Source: an uncultured cyanobacterium (GTDB taxonomy: Bacteria; Cyanobacteriota; Cyanobacteriia; PCC-9006; JAAUQQ01). Taken from it: a DNA stretch of 64,000 nt. The position numbers were made by a program, and so were the translations under genes. The DNA lies in the NCBI GenBank assembly GCA_963718615.1, contig OY970368.1, forward strand, positions 1,408,001-1,472,000, written 5' to 3'. Below, piece by piece: positions 19,575 to 31,006 of the stretch; position 1 is the first letter of the stretch; the number at the start of each line of letters is the position of its first letter. The notes under the pieces were generated by a model. It was not told where the DNA came from. It was given only the letters and a program-made list of their open reading frames with translations, and did no database searches.

Positions 19575-19695
19575 TCCCAAGTCTCCTTACTGGGCTGAAC
19601 CCCTTTATTATGTCGGCCCCGCTCAGATTTGAATAGGGACGGAAAGCCAGATCGATCGATCGGTCTTGCCCACCCCGTCCCGTCAAAGCTATCGA

Positions 19696-21201
19696 CTAAG
19701 CCAAGGCCGCTTCCTTTTCGAGCATTAGCTTCGATCGCTTGATCACATCCGGTACTTCCACCGGATAATTTCCAGTAAAACAAGCCGTGCAGAAATGTCC
19801 CACCGCTTCATGGGTCGCTTCGAGCATCCCATCCAAGCTGAGATAGGCCAAAGAATCCACACCAATTTGCTCACCGATTTCTTCCACGGATTTGGTTGCA
19901 CCAATTAGCTGGTCTTGGCTATCCGTGTCGATGCCGTAGAAGCAAGGATGGGTGACCGGCGGCGAGGAAATGCGCATGTGGACTTCCTTGGCCCCCGCAT
20001 CCCGTAGGGCCTTGACCAGTTTGCGGCTCGTGGTGCCGCGCACGATCGAGTCATCGACGATGATGATCCGCTTGCCGTTGAGCACATCCTTGAGCGGATT
20101 GAGCTTCATCTTGATTCCGGACTCGCGCATAATCTGCGTGGGCTGGATAAACGTCCGGCCCACATAGCGGTTTTTGATCAACCCTTCCGCGTAGGGAATC
20201 CCTGACGCTTCCGAGAAACCAATGGCTGCAGGAATGCCCGAATCAGGTACCCCAATTACCATATCTGCTTCAACGGTGGATTCAGCCGCTAACTGCCGTC
20301 CAATGCGCTGGCGGTAGCTATAGAGCGTTTCGCCATGAAACAAGCTATCGGGCCGCGCAAAATAAATCATCTCGAAGACGCAGAGCTTCGGGCTGGGCTG
20401 GTTGACCCAATGGAACGAAGCCAAGCCTTCTTCATTCACCCAAACCACTTCGCCCGGTTCCACATCTCGCAGATATTCCGCACCAATAATATCCAGGGCA
20501 CAGGTCTCTGAAGCCAGGACGTAGTAGGGTTTATGGGCTGGGCCTTGGGGACTTTCCAATGTGCCAATCACCAGGGGGCGAATCCCGTTGGGGTCGCGAA
20601 CGCCCATCATGCCTTGGGGAGTGCCGATCACGAGGCTAAATGCGCCCTGGCAGCGACGGAAGGCGGTGATGCCCGCTTCGAGCCAGTCCTTGCCTTGATC
20701 AACCGCTTCGGCGATCGCCAAGGCAATCATCTCCGAGTCCGTCGTCGTCGCCAACACCTGATCCTTCGCTTCAAAGGCCGCCCGCAGCTCGGCAGTATTC
20801 ACCAAGTTGCCATTGTGCGCCAAAGCCAGAGACCCTCGATGGGTCTGCACGACCGCAGGCTGAGCATTCCCCACATGGCTAGAGCCGGTAGTGGAGTAGC
20901 GGGTATGGCCCACAGCCATGTATCCCTGCATGCCGTTGAGGATGTCTTCATTAAACACCTGGGAAACCAACCCCATGTGTTTATGGGTAATTACCTGGTC
21001 GCCGTTAAATACAGAAATCCCAGCGGATTCTTGCCCTCGGTGTTGGAGCGCGTAAAGGCCAAAGTAGGTTAGCTTGGCCACATCCTGGTCCGGTGCATAG
21101 ATGCCAAAGACGCCACAGGCTTCTTCAGGTTTGTCGGGACGGTCAGCTTGCGGTGTGGCAGCAGCGAGATGCAATTCCTGAGCAGAATGGTGGGACATCA
21201 T
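19696..21201 (-). CDS. purF: Amidophosphoribosyltransferase
   Basis: EEACGVFG (N-terminal nucleophile Cys), LQHRGQESAG, GHTRYST, HNGN, VDDSIVRGTT and CTACF. Confidence 0.97.
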   Translation of the reverse strand: MMSHHSAQELHLAAATPQADRPDKPEEACGVFGIYAPDQDVAKLTYFGLYALQHRGQESAGISVFNGDQVITHKHMGLVSQVFNEDILNGMQGYMAVGHTRYSTTGSSHVGNAQPAVVQTHRGSLALAHNGNLVNTAELRAAFEAKDQVLATTTDSEMIALAIAEAVDQGKDWLEAGITAFRRCQGAFSLVIGTPQGMMGVRDPNGIRPLVIGTLESPQGPAHKPYYVLASETCALDIIGAEYLRDVEPGEVVWVNEEGLASFHWVNQPSPKLCVFEMIYFARPDSLFHGETLYSYRQRIGRQLAAESTVEADMVIGVPDSGIPAAIGFSEASGIPYAEGLIKNRYVGRTFIQPTQIMRESGIKMKLNPLKDVLNGKRIIIVDDSIVRGTTSRKLVKALRDAGAKEVHMRISSPPVTHPCFYGIDTDSQDQLIGATKSVEEIGEQIGVDSLAYLSLDGMLEATHEAVGHFCTACFTGNYPVEVPDVIKRSKLMLEKEAALA

Positions 21202-21534
21202 GCGTGCGATCGGCTCCTTCAGTTAGGACAGTGTCAGGACAGAAATTCCCAAGGGAGTGAGTCGAAGTTAAAAATCCGTTTTTAAGGGGCGAAACGGGGA
21301 AAATTACAGGATAGATATACAGGATAGATATACAGGGGTCGAGGCTCACGCCCTCAATCAAGGTAACGCTGAATTGTGGGAATTGGGTTCCCCTCTCAAT
21401 GAGAGCGCTCTACGCCCCAAAATGGGGATGGGTTAAGTAAAACTTAAGAAACATTTAAGCACCTTGCGGGCATTCGCTCACGACTTTTTAAGTTGAGGGC
21501 TTAGCGCGCTTGAGGATTATTGGGGCTGAGCTAT

Positions 21535-23868
21535 TTAGGGCGAGAGTCGTTTTTCGATTGCCTCACTCCAAGTCCGAGCCAAGGTCGCGATATCCGCTGC
21601 GATCAGGGATTGTCCCGCTGCATCGACAATTTTGAGTCCGGCGTCGGCTCCAGCGACCTCTCCCAGGGCTTGCCAGTTGCCTGCAAGCTGAGTGTGTAGA
21701 TAGGTTTCCCAGGGGGCCTGGTGGGCTGGATTAACAGAAACAACGATGCGGGCTCCCCCTTCGCCAAACAGGAGGCGATCGCCCCTCACCCCATCCGCTG
21801 CAAGCGTCACGGTAGCCCCGAGCTGACCGCTAATACAGCTTTCTGCCAGAGCCACTGCTAAGCCTCCTTCGGCGCAGTCGTGGGCGGAGCGAACCCAGCC
21901 CTGGCGAATGCCGTGACGGCAAACGGTTTGCACTTGGCGTTCTAGCTCAAAATCGACGATGGGAGGCATACCCGCCACGGTTTGATGGAGGACAGCGAGG
22001 TATTCGGATCCCCCAAGACTGACGCGATCGCCCGCTTCCGTGGGGCTACAGCCCAGGAGATAGATGCGATCGCCAGCCGCCAGCCACCCCTGACCACAGA
22101 TATAATCCAAATCTTCGACTAAACCGACCATACCCACGACCGGCGTCGGATAAATCGGCTGGGGCTTGCCTTCGCTGTCGAGGGTTTCGTTATAGAGCGA
22201 GACATTGCCCCCCGTGACCGGCGTTTGAAATTCCCGGCAGGCTTCCGCCAGACCCCGACAGGCTTCTGCCAGCTGCCAGTAGCCCACAGGCTTTTCGGGG
22301 CTACCAAAGTTGAGGTTATCGGTGACGGCGATCGGTTCAGCGCCAACGCAGCTCAGGTTCCGGGCGGCTTCCGCTACAGCGGCTTTGGCTCCTTCGTAGG
22401 GGTGGAGATAGACATAGCGGGCGTTGCAGTCTACCGTGGCGGCGCAGCCTCGGTTGTGGTTGGGGGCAGTGCCGTCCAGCACGGGGCGTAGGCGCAAAAT
22501 CGCGGCATCGGCTCCGCCGGGGAGCAGGACGGTGTTGTTTTGGACCTGGTGGTCATATTGGCGATAGACCCAGCGCTTCGAGGCAATGATCGGGCTGTCG
22601 AGCAGGGCGAGCAAAACCTCCGTCCAGGATTTGCCGTTGATGCCATTGGAATGACAGGCAGGCAGTTGGCTCTCGTCCCAAGCCCAGGCGATTTGGGCAT
22701 AGGCGGGCGGTTCAGCCGGTAGCTCCCGTTTGTAGATGGGGGTATTGTCCGCTAGGGCCGTGGCCGGAATTTCCGCAGCAATTTCACCCTGAAACCGAAT
22801 CCGCACAATCGGCTCAGCAATAATTTCTCCCGCGACGACGGCTTGCAGTTCCCATTTGTGGAAAATATCGATGAGCTCCTGCTCTCGCCCCTTCTCCGCC
22901 ACAAACAACATGCGCTCCTGGGACTCTGAGAGCAAATATTCATAGGGCACCATGCCGGTTTCACGCACGGGAATCAGGTCGAGGTCTAAATCAACACCGA
23001 CGCCGCCCTTCGCGGCCATTTCCGCTGTAGAACAGGTAATTCCAGCGGCCCCCATGTCCTGAGCCGCAACCACTGCTCCGGTTTTGAAGGCTTCCAGACA
23101 GGCTTCCACCAGGGATTTTTCTAGGAACGGGTCTCCCACTTGGACAGCGGGGCGATCGTCCATGGACTCGTCACTCAGCTCCGCACTGGCAAAGCTCGCT
23201 CCCCCCATCCCATCTCGCCCCGTCGTTGATCCCACATAAAGCACCGGATTGCCGATCCCCGAGGCCCCGGCTTTGACAATGTCTTCGGTTTCCATCAGAC
23301 CGATGGCCATGGCATTCACCAGGGGATTGCCGCTATAGGCCGGATCAAAGTAAACCTCACCCGCCACCGTTGGTACCCCAATGCAGTTCCCATAGTGAGA
23401 AATGCCGGCGACAACACCCTCAAAAATTCGGCGGGTGCGCGGATTGTCCAGCGTTCCAAATCGTAGGGAATTCAAAATCGCCAAGGGACGGGCTCCCATC
23501 GTAAAGATATCCCGCAAAATTCCCCCTACCCCCGTGGCTGCTCCCTGGAACGGCTCCACTGCTGAAGGATGGTTATGGGACTCAATCTTGAACGCCAGCC
23601 GCAATCCTTCCCCAAAGTCCACGACACCGGCATTCTCTCCCGGCCCCACCAAAATGCGTGGACCTTCCGTAGGGAACTGACTCAGCAGCGATCGGGAGTT
23701 TTTATAGCAACAGTGCTCCGACCACATCACCCCAAACATTCCCAGTTCCGCTTTATTGGGATGGCGACCGAGCCGCTCCACGATGGCTGCGTATTCCTCC
23801 GGTTTAATGCCTTCAGCCGCAATTTCTTCAGGGGAAAACGGAGCAGATGCTAGAACAGACGCAGACAT
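21535..23868 (-). CDS. purL: Phosphoribosylformylglycinamidine synthase subunit PurL
   Basis: [31 protein letters not shown] and GGNVSLYN. Confidence 0.97.
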   Translation of the reverse strand: MSASVLASAPFSPEEIAAEGIKPEEYAAIVERLGRHPNKAELGMFGVMWSEHCCYKNSRSLLSQFPTEGPRILVGPGENAGVVDFGEGLRLAFKIESHNHPSAVEPFQGAATGVGGILRDIFTMGARPLAILNSLRFGTLDNPRTRRIFEGVVAGISHYGNCIGVPTVAGEVYFDPAYSGNPLVNAMAIGLMETEDIVKAGASGIGNPVLYVGSTTGRDGMGGASFASAELSDESMDDRPAVQVGDPFLEKSLVEACLEAFKTGAVVAAQDMGAAGITCSTAEMAAKGGVGVDLDLDLIPVRETGMVPYEYLLSESQERMLFVAEKGREQELIDIFHKWELQAVVAGEIIAEPIVRIRFQGEIAAEIPATALADNTPIYKRELPAEPPAYAQIAWAWDESQLPACHSNGINGKSWTEVLLALLDSPIIASKRWVYRQYDHQVQNNTVLLPGGADAAILRLRPVLDGTAPNHNRGCAATVDCNARYVYLHPYEGAKAAVAEAARNLSCVGAEPIAVTDNLNFGSPEKPVGYWQLAEACRGLAEACREFQTPVTGGNVSLYNETLDSEGKPQPIYPTPVVGMVGLVEDLDYICGQGWLAAGDRIYLLGCSPTEAGDRVSLGGSEYLAVLHQTVAGMPPIVDFELERQVQTVCRHGIRQGWVRSAHDCAEGGLAVALAESCISGQLGATVTLAADGVRGDRLLFGEGGARIVVSVNPAHQAPWETYLHTQLAGNWQALGEVAGADAGLKIVDAAGQSLIAADIATLARTWSEAIEKRLSP

Positions 23869-23987
23869 AGGGGCCTCGATCGCGATCGGTCGTAGGGGAC
23901 AGAGCCAATTGTATCGGGCTAGCCCCTGCTTCGGACCCTCGAGTTCATAGTTGCGCAGAAGATTGCCGAGAATATCACTAGGAGCCC

Positions 23988-24338
23988 CTAGCCTTCGCTG
24001 GACTGTTCAAAAGTATCAAAGGCGTCAAAGGCCTTGGTATCGAGCTCAGATTCCCGCTGGTGTAGGGTCGGAATCGGTGGGGCGGGGGAACGACGGCTGC
24101 GGGCTCGCCAGCGGGGCAGCAGTTCGGTTTTGAGCGAGATTGGTAGGACGATGGGCCACAGCAGCGTGGCGGCGATCAGCACCAGCCAGGAGGTTTTGTC
24201 CGTGAGAGTGGTGGTGCGATCGCGCAAAAACAAATACAGATAAAGGCAGCAGGCGATCGCCCCAACCCCAACATAGATTTGGAAGAAAAAAACGGAATTG
24301 AGTCCACCCGTCTGGGCCAAAATGGGCTGCGCCATCAT
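23988..24338 (-). CDS. Small hypothetical membrane protein (2 TM)
   Basis: Two hydrophobic segments around FLRDRTT...[19 protein letters not shown]. Co-oriented with the upstream channel gene. Confidence 0.6.
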   Translation of the reverse strand: MMAQPILAQTGGLNSVFFFQIYVGVGAIACCLYLYLFLRDRTTTLTDKTSWLVLIAATLLWPIVLPISLKTELLPRWRARSRRSPAPPIPTLHQRESELDTKAFDAFDTFEQSSEG

Positions 24339-24348
24339 GCGGTCCTGC

Positions 24349-25293
24349 CTAAAGATTTTTGATGGGTTCGGTAGCATTGAAATAACGATAGTCTAAGTAC
24401 CGATGACCATCGCTAGTGTCATAGAGCATGTCAATAAATCGATGGTTCCAGAGAATATTCTGCACCGCGTAGACATAGCGGGCATGGATCGGTTGCAAAA
24501 TGGTTTCGTCGAGACCGCTTAAAGACACCAAAATCGTACTGCGCATTTGCTGAAGTGAATCGGAAGTTGCCCCGTGGAGAGGACTCTCGGCGTCGATGGT
24601 GTGCATCACGGTCCAGCCTAGGCTAAACCGAGGGGTTTCATTCCGCATGAGTTTGAGACTGTAGAACCGGCGCAGATGCTGGCCTTCCAAGGAAATTTCG
24701 TCACGCAATAGAAAAACCTTGAGCTGGGCTTCCAAAATTTGGTTGTGGCGCTGGTTGGCAATGCGGAAGACCAGCGTGGGTTGACCATTGTAGGGTTCAA
24801 CCACGGCGACAGTGCTAAACATCACCCGAGCCCGAGAGCGCGAGAAGCGAGCAAAGGCCAATCCTGTAATCACCGCGATACTAATAATACTAACCATGGC
24901 TTCGATCGCCACGATCCCATTGGTATAAAGCGTATTGGGATACATCGCGCCATAGCCAATTGATCCTAGAGTCTGAACGCTAAAAAAGAAGGCGTCGGCA
25001 AAGTTTCCGGGCTTGGCATTTTCAATGCCGCCGGGGTCCAGCAAATAGGCCAGGGCAAACAGCGTATTGACCAAACCATAGCCCAAGGTCAACAGCAAAA
25101 AGAACAGCCACCAGGGTAGGGTCGAAAACAGATGATAGGGCTCTCGCCAATGGTTATACCAGCGATCGAGACCGACGATTTCAAACTGACCCTCTTCAAC
25201 GCGCAAATGCACAATGGGAGGGCGGGATAGCTGAGTCTTAAGGCGATGGATAAGGCGCTGGACAGAGTGCCGAACGGCGCGGAACAGCAGCAT
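24349..25293 (-). CDS. Inward-rectifier potassium channel (KirBac family)
   Basis: DAFFFSVQTLGSIGYG pore loop, TGLAFARFSR, FRIANQR and WTVMHTIDAESPL. Confidence 0.9.
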   Translation of the reverse strand: MLLFRAVRHSVQRLIHRLKTQLSRPPIVHLRVEEGQFEIVGLDRWYNHWREPYHLFSTLPWWLFFLLLTLGYGLVNTLFALAYLLDPGGIENAKPGNFADAFFFSVQTLGSIGYGAMYPNTLYTNGIVAIEAMVSIISIAVITGLAFARFSRSRARVMFSTVAVVEPYNGQPTLVFRIANQRHNQILEAQLKVFLLRDEISLEGQHLRRFYSLKLMRNETPRFSLGWTVMHTIDAESPLHGATSDSLQQMRSTILVSLSGLDETILQPIHARYVYAVQNILWNHRFIDMLYDTSDGHRYLDYRYFNATEPIKNL

Positions 25294-25323
25294 AGCGCAA
25301 GGATGGTTCTTGGTTAGGGGGCT

Positions 25324-26598
25324 TTATTTTTGAGCCTTCTTTGCTGCAATTTTATCTTTAAGCACCGTTATCGCTTTGGCATACTGCGGATCCTGGAGCG
25401 TACCAATGAGCGTTCGGTCCTGGCTTAAGGTTTCCTGAGCGGTTTCGCTTAGTTCTAGCACCACATCCGGATCAATGCCATGTTTGTTGATATCTCGTCC
25501 GCTGGGCGTCAAATATTTGGCGATCGTCACCGCCAGCCCAGAACCATCCCCCAAGGGCCGTACCGATTGCACCAAACCCTTCCCAAAGGTCTTCGTCCCA
25601 ATCAACTCGGCGCGATGGTTGTCTTGCAGGGCTCCTGAGAGAATTTCGCTGGCGCTGGCTGATCCCCCATCCACCAACACCACTAGGGGACGATCGGTGA
25701 GGGCACGCCCATTGGCTTCCTCGCGATCGGAAATCCCACGACGATCGACGGTGGAGACAATCGTGCCGTCATTCAGCCACATTCGAGCAATTTCAATACT
25801 GGCGAAGAGGAGACCGCCGGGGTTGGAGCGCAAATCCAAGACATAGCCGTCAACGTTCTTGGTTTCCAGGGTCCGAATGGCCGTCCGCATCTCTTCCGCC
25901 GCATTGGCGTTGAACTGATTCAGTCGGATGTAGCCGGTTTTGAAGCCTTCGTCGTTACGCTCGCTATACCGAACCGGGTGGATTTCAATGCGATCGCGCC
26001 GGATCGCAAACTCCAGTTCCTTCTTTTCGTCCCGACGCACCGTTAGCGTCACGGTTTCCCCCACGGGACCTCGGATCAGCTTGACCGCATCATCCACATT
26101 CATTCCTTCGGTGCTCTTGCCATTAATCTTGATGATTACGTCCCGAGACTGCACCCCAGCCGTAAAGGCTGGTGTATCTTCAATCGGGGCAACGACGACC
26201 AGTTCTTTAGTCTTCTCGTCTTGACTAAGCTGAATCCCAACCCCGGTCAGTTCCCCCGAGGTATCGATTTTCATGTTCTTAAACTCGTCTGGGTCCATGA
26301 AGCGTGTATAAGCATCGCCCAGGGGCTCCAGCATTTTGCGAATGGCTTCGTAGGCGTCGTCCTTGCTGGAATAGTTTTGATTGAGATATGCAAGACGCAC
26401 TTTGCGCCAATCCGTCTGATTAAACGTCCCGTCAACGTAGTCCTTGTCGATGATGTGCCAGACTTCGTCGATCAGTTCCTTCGGACTATCTTGGAAAAAT
26501 GCCTGTACCTTTGACCACTGATTGACTCCCACCAAAGTGACGGTTGCTACTACAGCCGCTGTCGCACCGATTACAAGCTTCGTTTTGGGGAACGCCAT
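25324..26598 (-). CDS. ctpC: Carboxyl-terminal processing protease (S41A), CtpC-like
   Basis: PKELIDEVW, PDZ GVGI, DLRSNPGG, catalytic ASASEI and TFGKGLVQ. Lies downstream of ispG. Confidence 0.85.
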   Translation of the reverse strand: MAFPKTKLVIGATAAVVATVTLVGVNQWSKVQAFFQDSPKELIDEVWHIIDKDYVDGTFNQTDWRKVRLAYLNQNYSSKDDAYEAIRKMLEPLGDAYTRFMDPDEFKNMKIDTSGELTGVGIQLSQDEKTKELVVVAPIEDTPAFTAGVQSRDVIIKINGKSTEGMNVDDAVKLIRGPVGETVTLTVRRDEKKELEFAIRRDRIEIHPVRYSERNDEGFKTGYIRLNQFNANAAEEMRTAIRTLETKNVDGYVLDLRSNPGGLLFASIEIARMWLNDGTIVSTVDRRGISDREEANGRALTDRPLVVLVDGGSASASEILSGALQDNHRAELIGTKTFGKGLVQSVRPLGDGSGLAVTIAKYLTPSGRDINKHGIDPDVVLELSETAQETLSQDRTLIGTLQDPQYAKAITVLKDKIAAKKAQK

Positions 26599-26918
26599 AG
26601 TGCCGAAGGAATTTGGATATATGGAAGATACGCTTCACTAGTATAAGGAGTGAGCGAGAATCTGGCAGCCTGCCGAGCGTATTCACAGCGGGAGCTGCAA
26701 GGCCCCTGGTCGAGTCAAAAAAAATACAAGGACAAGCGATAGGGCGATCGCCTTTTCATCATATTACGGATTTTTTCAAGGCAATGGGAAGAGGATCCGG
26801 AGAACATCAAGATTGTCCTCCAAGATTATGCTCCAGGATTCCTTCCCCCAATTGTCCCTATTCAGCGAAACTAAAAGATCGTGAATTTAATAACCTACAA
26901 AATGAAGCCGAACGGCCC

Positions 26919-28166
26919 CTAGTCAGGGTCCACCCAACGGTCATCGGCCTTAATCAAGTTAATCAGCTCGGTCACACCATCGGCTTCCGGGACCCGTTTG
27001 ATTTCATCTCGGCCTCGGTAAAGCGAGATATAGCCAGGGGTTTTGCCCACATAGCCGTAGTCCGCATCCGCCATCTCACCCGGACCATTGACAATGCAGC
27101 CCATCACCGCGATGTCGAGGCCCACCAGATGCTTCGTTGCCTCCCGAACCTTGTGCAGCACCTCTTCCAGATTAAACAGAGTGCGACCGCAGGAGGGACA
27201 AGCTACATACTCCACCATGGTTTTGCGAAGACCGAGGGCCTGCAAAATTTCGTAGCACACCGGAATCTCTTTTTCCGGGGCTTCCGTGAGTGACACTCGG
27301 ATCGTATCGCCAATGCCTTGGGCCAGCAGGGGTGCGATCCCCGCCGTGGATTTGATACGGCCATAGTCACCGTCTCCCGCTTCTGTAACGCCGAGGTGCA
27401 GCGGATAGTCCATATTTTCCGCATCCATGCGCTGGACCATGAGCTGATAGGCCGCAATCATCACTGGCACCCGCGAAGCTTTCATGGAAATCACCAGATT
27501 GCGATAATCTAGCAACTCACAAATGCGGATAAACTCCAAGGCCGACTCCACCATGCCTTCGGGGGTATCGCCGTAGGTAAACAGCATCCGCTCTGACAAA
27601 GAGCCATGGTTAACCCCAATACGCATGGCTTTACCTTGATCCCGCAGGGAAACGACTAGAGGTTCAAGGGTTTCGCGAATTTTGTCGCGAATTTCGTTAA
27701 ATTCGCTGGTGGTGTATTCGGTGCGATCGCTCTTCGGTTTCTCAAAGACATACAGCCCCGGATTGATCCGCACCTTATCCACATGCTGTGCCACCTCTAG
27801 GGCAATTTTCATGCCGTTGTGGTGTACATCGGCCACCAAAGGAACCACTTGATAGGTATCGTGCAGCTTCTGCTTAATGTCCTTTAGGGCTTTGGCATGG
27901 GCCAAGCTGGGCACGGTGACGCGAACAATTTCGCAGCCGATTTCATGGAGCCGACGAATGGCCGCAGTGGCACCCTCAATATCTAAGGTGTCCTCATTAA
28001 TCATCGACTGGACCACGACCGGAGCACCGCCCCCAATCGTAATATTGCCGACCTGGACAGGACGCGTTTTGCGGCGGCGGATCATCGTGTCAATGCCCGT
28101 CGGGGGCTGAGAAGCCGCCTCTGACGAAATCGACGTTTGAGAAATCTCTGGTGACAGCGTTTGCAT
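26919..28166 (-). CDS. ispG: (E)-4-hydroxy-3-methylbut-2-enyl diphosphate synthase
   Basis: [37 protein letters not shown] and [10 protein letters not shown]. Confidence 0.97.
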   Translation of the reverse strand: MQTLSPEISQTSISSEAASQPPTGIDTMIRRRKTRPVQVGNITIGGGAPVVVQSMINEDTLDIEGATAAIRRLHEIGCEIVRVTVPSLAHAKALKDIKQKLHDTYQVVPLVADVHHNGMKIALEVAQHVDKVRINPGLYVFEKPKSDRTEYTTSEFNEIRDKIRETLEPLVVSLRDQGKAMRIGVNHGSLSERMLFTYGDTPEGMVESALEFIRICELLDYRNLVISMKASRVPVMIAAYQLMVQRMDAENMDYPLHLGVTEAGDGDYGRIKSTAGIAPLLAQGIGDTIRVSLTEAPEKEIPVCYEILQALGLRKTMVEYVACPSCGRTLFNLEEVLHKVREATKHLVGLDIAVMGCIVNGPGEMADADYGYVGKTPGYISLYRGRDEIKRVPEADGVTELINLIKADDRWVDPD

Positions 28167-28491
28167 ACCCAATTGGTCGCTTGTGGACAGGCGTAGGTTA
28201 GATCAAAATGCTCAAGCCTTGGGGATCAGGGTCTTAATTCGCTGACCTCAGGCATTCTCAGGTTGCCATACAAAGGCTCTTTTGAGGACCCTTTTGGGTA
28301 ATTTCAGCGAGGAGATTGCAGAAGAAATTTTGCAGAAGCTGAAAAGACTGCGAAACATCCGTGTATATGCCAGCAATTGTTACCAAAATAAATCACTTTG
28401 ACTCGTAAATTTTCCGTACATCTGAGCAGATGCGTCGCAGACATCAAGTGGGCAGACTAAGCACAGACGCTCGACGAAAGTGTGGACGCAT

Positions 28492-29691
28492 ATGATGACG
28501 GTCGGTGAACAAGCGTTAGCTCCTGTCGCAATCAGCGAATTTGACATGGACAAGCAGGTGCGCTTGTTCAAATCGCTGAAGCAGCTCCAGTTAACCGGTC
28601 AGTTGCTCCTCAATGATCATAAGGACCAATCCTGGACGCTCTATCTCTATATGGGGCGGATTGTCTATGCCACGGGCGGCCATCATCCGGTGCGACGGTG
28701 GAAGCGGGGATTAATGATCCATTGTCCTCGGTTGGTGTCGGTTCCCATTGTGTTGCAAGAGCCCCCCGAGGGCCAAGCGGGCAATGAGCTGACCCTCTGC
28801 TGGGAGTACCAACTGCTGTACCAGTGGGTGAGCCAGGGCAAACTCTCGCGGGAAGAGGCCAGCAAAATTATTCGCACGATTACGGTTGAGGTACTGTGCG
28901 ATGTCGCCCAAGCTCAGGAGGTCACCTACCAAGTCAAGTCCGACAACACTTTGCCGACTAAGCTGACGCTGATTGATGCGGAGCAGGCGGTGATGGAGGC
29001 CCATAAGGTCTGGGAAGCCTGGAAAACGGCTCGCATTGCCGATCGCTCGCCCAATTCTGTGCCGGTGATTCGTCAGCCCCAGCAGCTTCAGGAAAAAACC
29101 TCCCAGTCAATTTATCAAGTGCTGAGCCGCTTGCTGGATGGCCAGCAGAGTCTGCGGGATCTATCGGTCAAGATGAAGCGGGATGTTTCGGAGGTAACGC
29201 GATCGCTCCTTCCCTACATTCAGCTCGGGCTGATCGAGTTGGTAGATGTCCCCGATCTGCCTGCGCCCAGCTTTCCCAAAACACCGGTTCCTACTGCTGC
29301 CGCTGCACCAGCGCTGCGTCCTTTGATTGCCTGTATCGACGATAGTCCGTTTATTTGTCAGAGTATGGCGAAGGTATTGACCCAGGCCAACTATCGGTTT
29401 GTGGCCATTAATGATCCCCTGCGGGCGATCGCCGTCCTTCTGGCCCGTAAACCCAATTTGATCTTTTTAGACTTGGTCATGCCCAATGCCAACGGTTATG
29501 AAATCTGCGGCCAATTGCGCAAGCTCTCCTTCTTTAAGGAAACGCCCATTGTCATCTTAACGGGACATGATGGCATCGTTGACCGAGTGCGGGCCAAGCT
29601 TGTAGGGGCCTCTGAGTTTTTATCGAAGCCTGCGGATGCGGATGCAGTATTAGCTGTAATTCGCAAGCATCTCCATGAGCTTGCAGAATAA
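28492..29691 (+). CDS. PatA-family response regulator (PATAN + REC; PixG/PilG-like)
   Basis: GRIVYATGG.HPVRRW PATAN motif and C-terminal REC (CIDDS, FLDLVMP, FLSKP). Confidence 0.9.
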   Translation: MMTVGEQALAPVAISEFDMDKQVRLFKSLKQLQLTGQLLLNDHKDQSWTLYLYMGRIVYATGGHHPVRRWKRGLMIHCPRLVSVPIVLQEPPEGQAGNELTLCWEYQLLYQWVSQGKLSREEASKIIRTITVEVLCDVAQAQEVTYQVKSDNTLPTKLTLIDAEQAVMEAHKVWEAWKTARIADRSPNSVPVIRQPQQLQEKTSQSIYQVLSRLLDGQQSLRDLSVKMKRDVSEVTRSLLPYIQLGLIELVDVPDLPAPSFPKTPVPTAAAAPALRPLIACIDDSPFICQSMAKVLTQANYRFVAINDPLRAIAVLLARKPNLIFLDLVMPNANGYEICGQLRKLSFFKETPIVILTGHDGIVDRVRAKLVGASEFLSKPADADAVLAVIRKHLHELAE

Positions 29692-29803
29692 AAATGGGGA
29701 ATCCTTACAGTAGCGCCATCGAAGCGATGTAACACCTGAGTCGCCCATTCCCATCCAAACTTTTTCTTCTGTCTTTGAGCTTTAGAATCCCGAGGTCAAT
29801 CCT

Positions 29804-30169
29804 ATGAACACCGCACTCATTGTTGAGGACTCTTTAACCGAGGCTGAAATCATTTCTAGCTGCCTAAAACAGGGCGGGATTAATGTTTTAACCGCTAAAA
29901 GTGGCGAAGAGGCGCTTGAGACCCTCGGCTCCACTTCTCCTGACATTATCATCCTGGATGTTGTTTTGCCTGGATGTAGTGGTTTTGAACTCTGCCGAAC
30001 CCTGAAATCTGAAAGCAAAACGAGCAGCATTCCCGTGCTCATGTGCTCCACTAAAGGCAGCGATATGGATAAGTTTTGGGGCATGAAGCAGGGTGCTGAT
30101 GCTTATCTTTCTAAGCCAATTGATCAGGATGAGTTTATTCGCACTGTTCGCGAGCTTTTGGGACGGTAA
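29804..30169 (+). CDS. CheY-like response regulator (PixH/PilH-like)
   Basis: Single REC domain: IVEDS, ILDVVLP, DKFWGMKQGADAYLSKP. Confidence 0.92.
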   Translation: MNTALIVEDSLTEAEIISSCLKQGGINVLTAKSGEEALETLGSTSPDIIILDVVLPGCSGFELCRTLKSESKTSSIPVLMCSTKGSDMDKFWGMKQGADAYLSKPIDQDEFIRTVRELLGR

Positions 30170-30351
30170 TCTTATCGCCAGATAGCGCTTTATTTTCATC
30201 GGATTTTCTGGGATTACGAAGCAAATCAATTTTGGTTTTAATCACATCCTTTGGGATTATAAGAGTCGTTGTTCTGTGGAGCAATGGCTCTTTTTTGTGT
30301 TGTTCAGTTTAATTTTGAGGGAATCCTAGGGCTAGGCGCTATTTAGGAGAC

Positions 30352-30909
30352 ATGGCTGTGGTCCTGAACCCTGTCGCTGAGTCTGAATCTCTTTCCCAGT
30401 GGATTGATACAAACGCGTCCCGAGGGGGGGAGCGTTATCTTGGCTGTCATTTGGTCCCCAATTTAACTGTGGTCATGCCCGTTCATAAAATAACGGAGGT
30501 CTTGACCATTCCTACCCCTCAAGTGACTCCCATTCCGCATTTATCCTCATGGGTGATGGGTGTTTATAACTGGCGAGGAGATGTGCTGTGGATGGTAGAC
30601 CTTGGGCATTTGTTAGGTCTAACCCCTTGGTATCAGCAAACTGCTAACCGCTCCGTTCATAGTGCGTTGGTTGTGCGGACCCAGGATAGAAGCTCCACCA
30701 CTCCCAATGCTGGACAGAAAATGTTGGGGTTAGTGGTAAGCCAAATTCGCGACATTGAAACCTTAGAGGCCAACGCGCTGCATTCGCCTTCTTCTGCGAT
30801 CGCCTCTCCCGAGCTAGCTCCTTTTTTACAAGGACATTGGCTCAGACAGGATGGTGAATTGCTAGCCTTTTTAGATATTGATGCCATCTTTTCTATGATT
30901 GCAAAATAA
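30352..30909 (+). CDS. CheW adaptor (PixI/PilI-like)
   Basis: VMGVYNWRGDVLWMVDLGHLLG motif. Confidence 0.9.
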   Translation: MAVVLNPVAESESLSQWIDTNASRGGERYLGCHLVPNLTVVMPVHKITEVLTIPTPQVTPIPHLSSWVMGVYNWRGDVLWMVDLGHLLGLTPWYQQTANRSVHSALVVRTQDRSSTTPNAGQKMLGLVVSQIRDIETLEANALHSPSSAIASPELAPFLQGHWLRQDGELLAFLDIDAIFSMIAK

Positions 30910-31006
30910 GTCGCTATTCCTAAATGAAAGTCGCCAAGCCTTTAGCTTTTTAATCCGTTTTTCAGTGCTGTATTGACCCCTCGCTTTGAATCTAAGGACT
31001 GTTCCC

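Noticed and set aside
26613-27293. 226-aa plus-strand ORF
   Set aside because: Overlaps ispG antisense, TTG start, no domain features.
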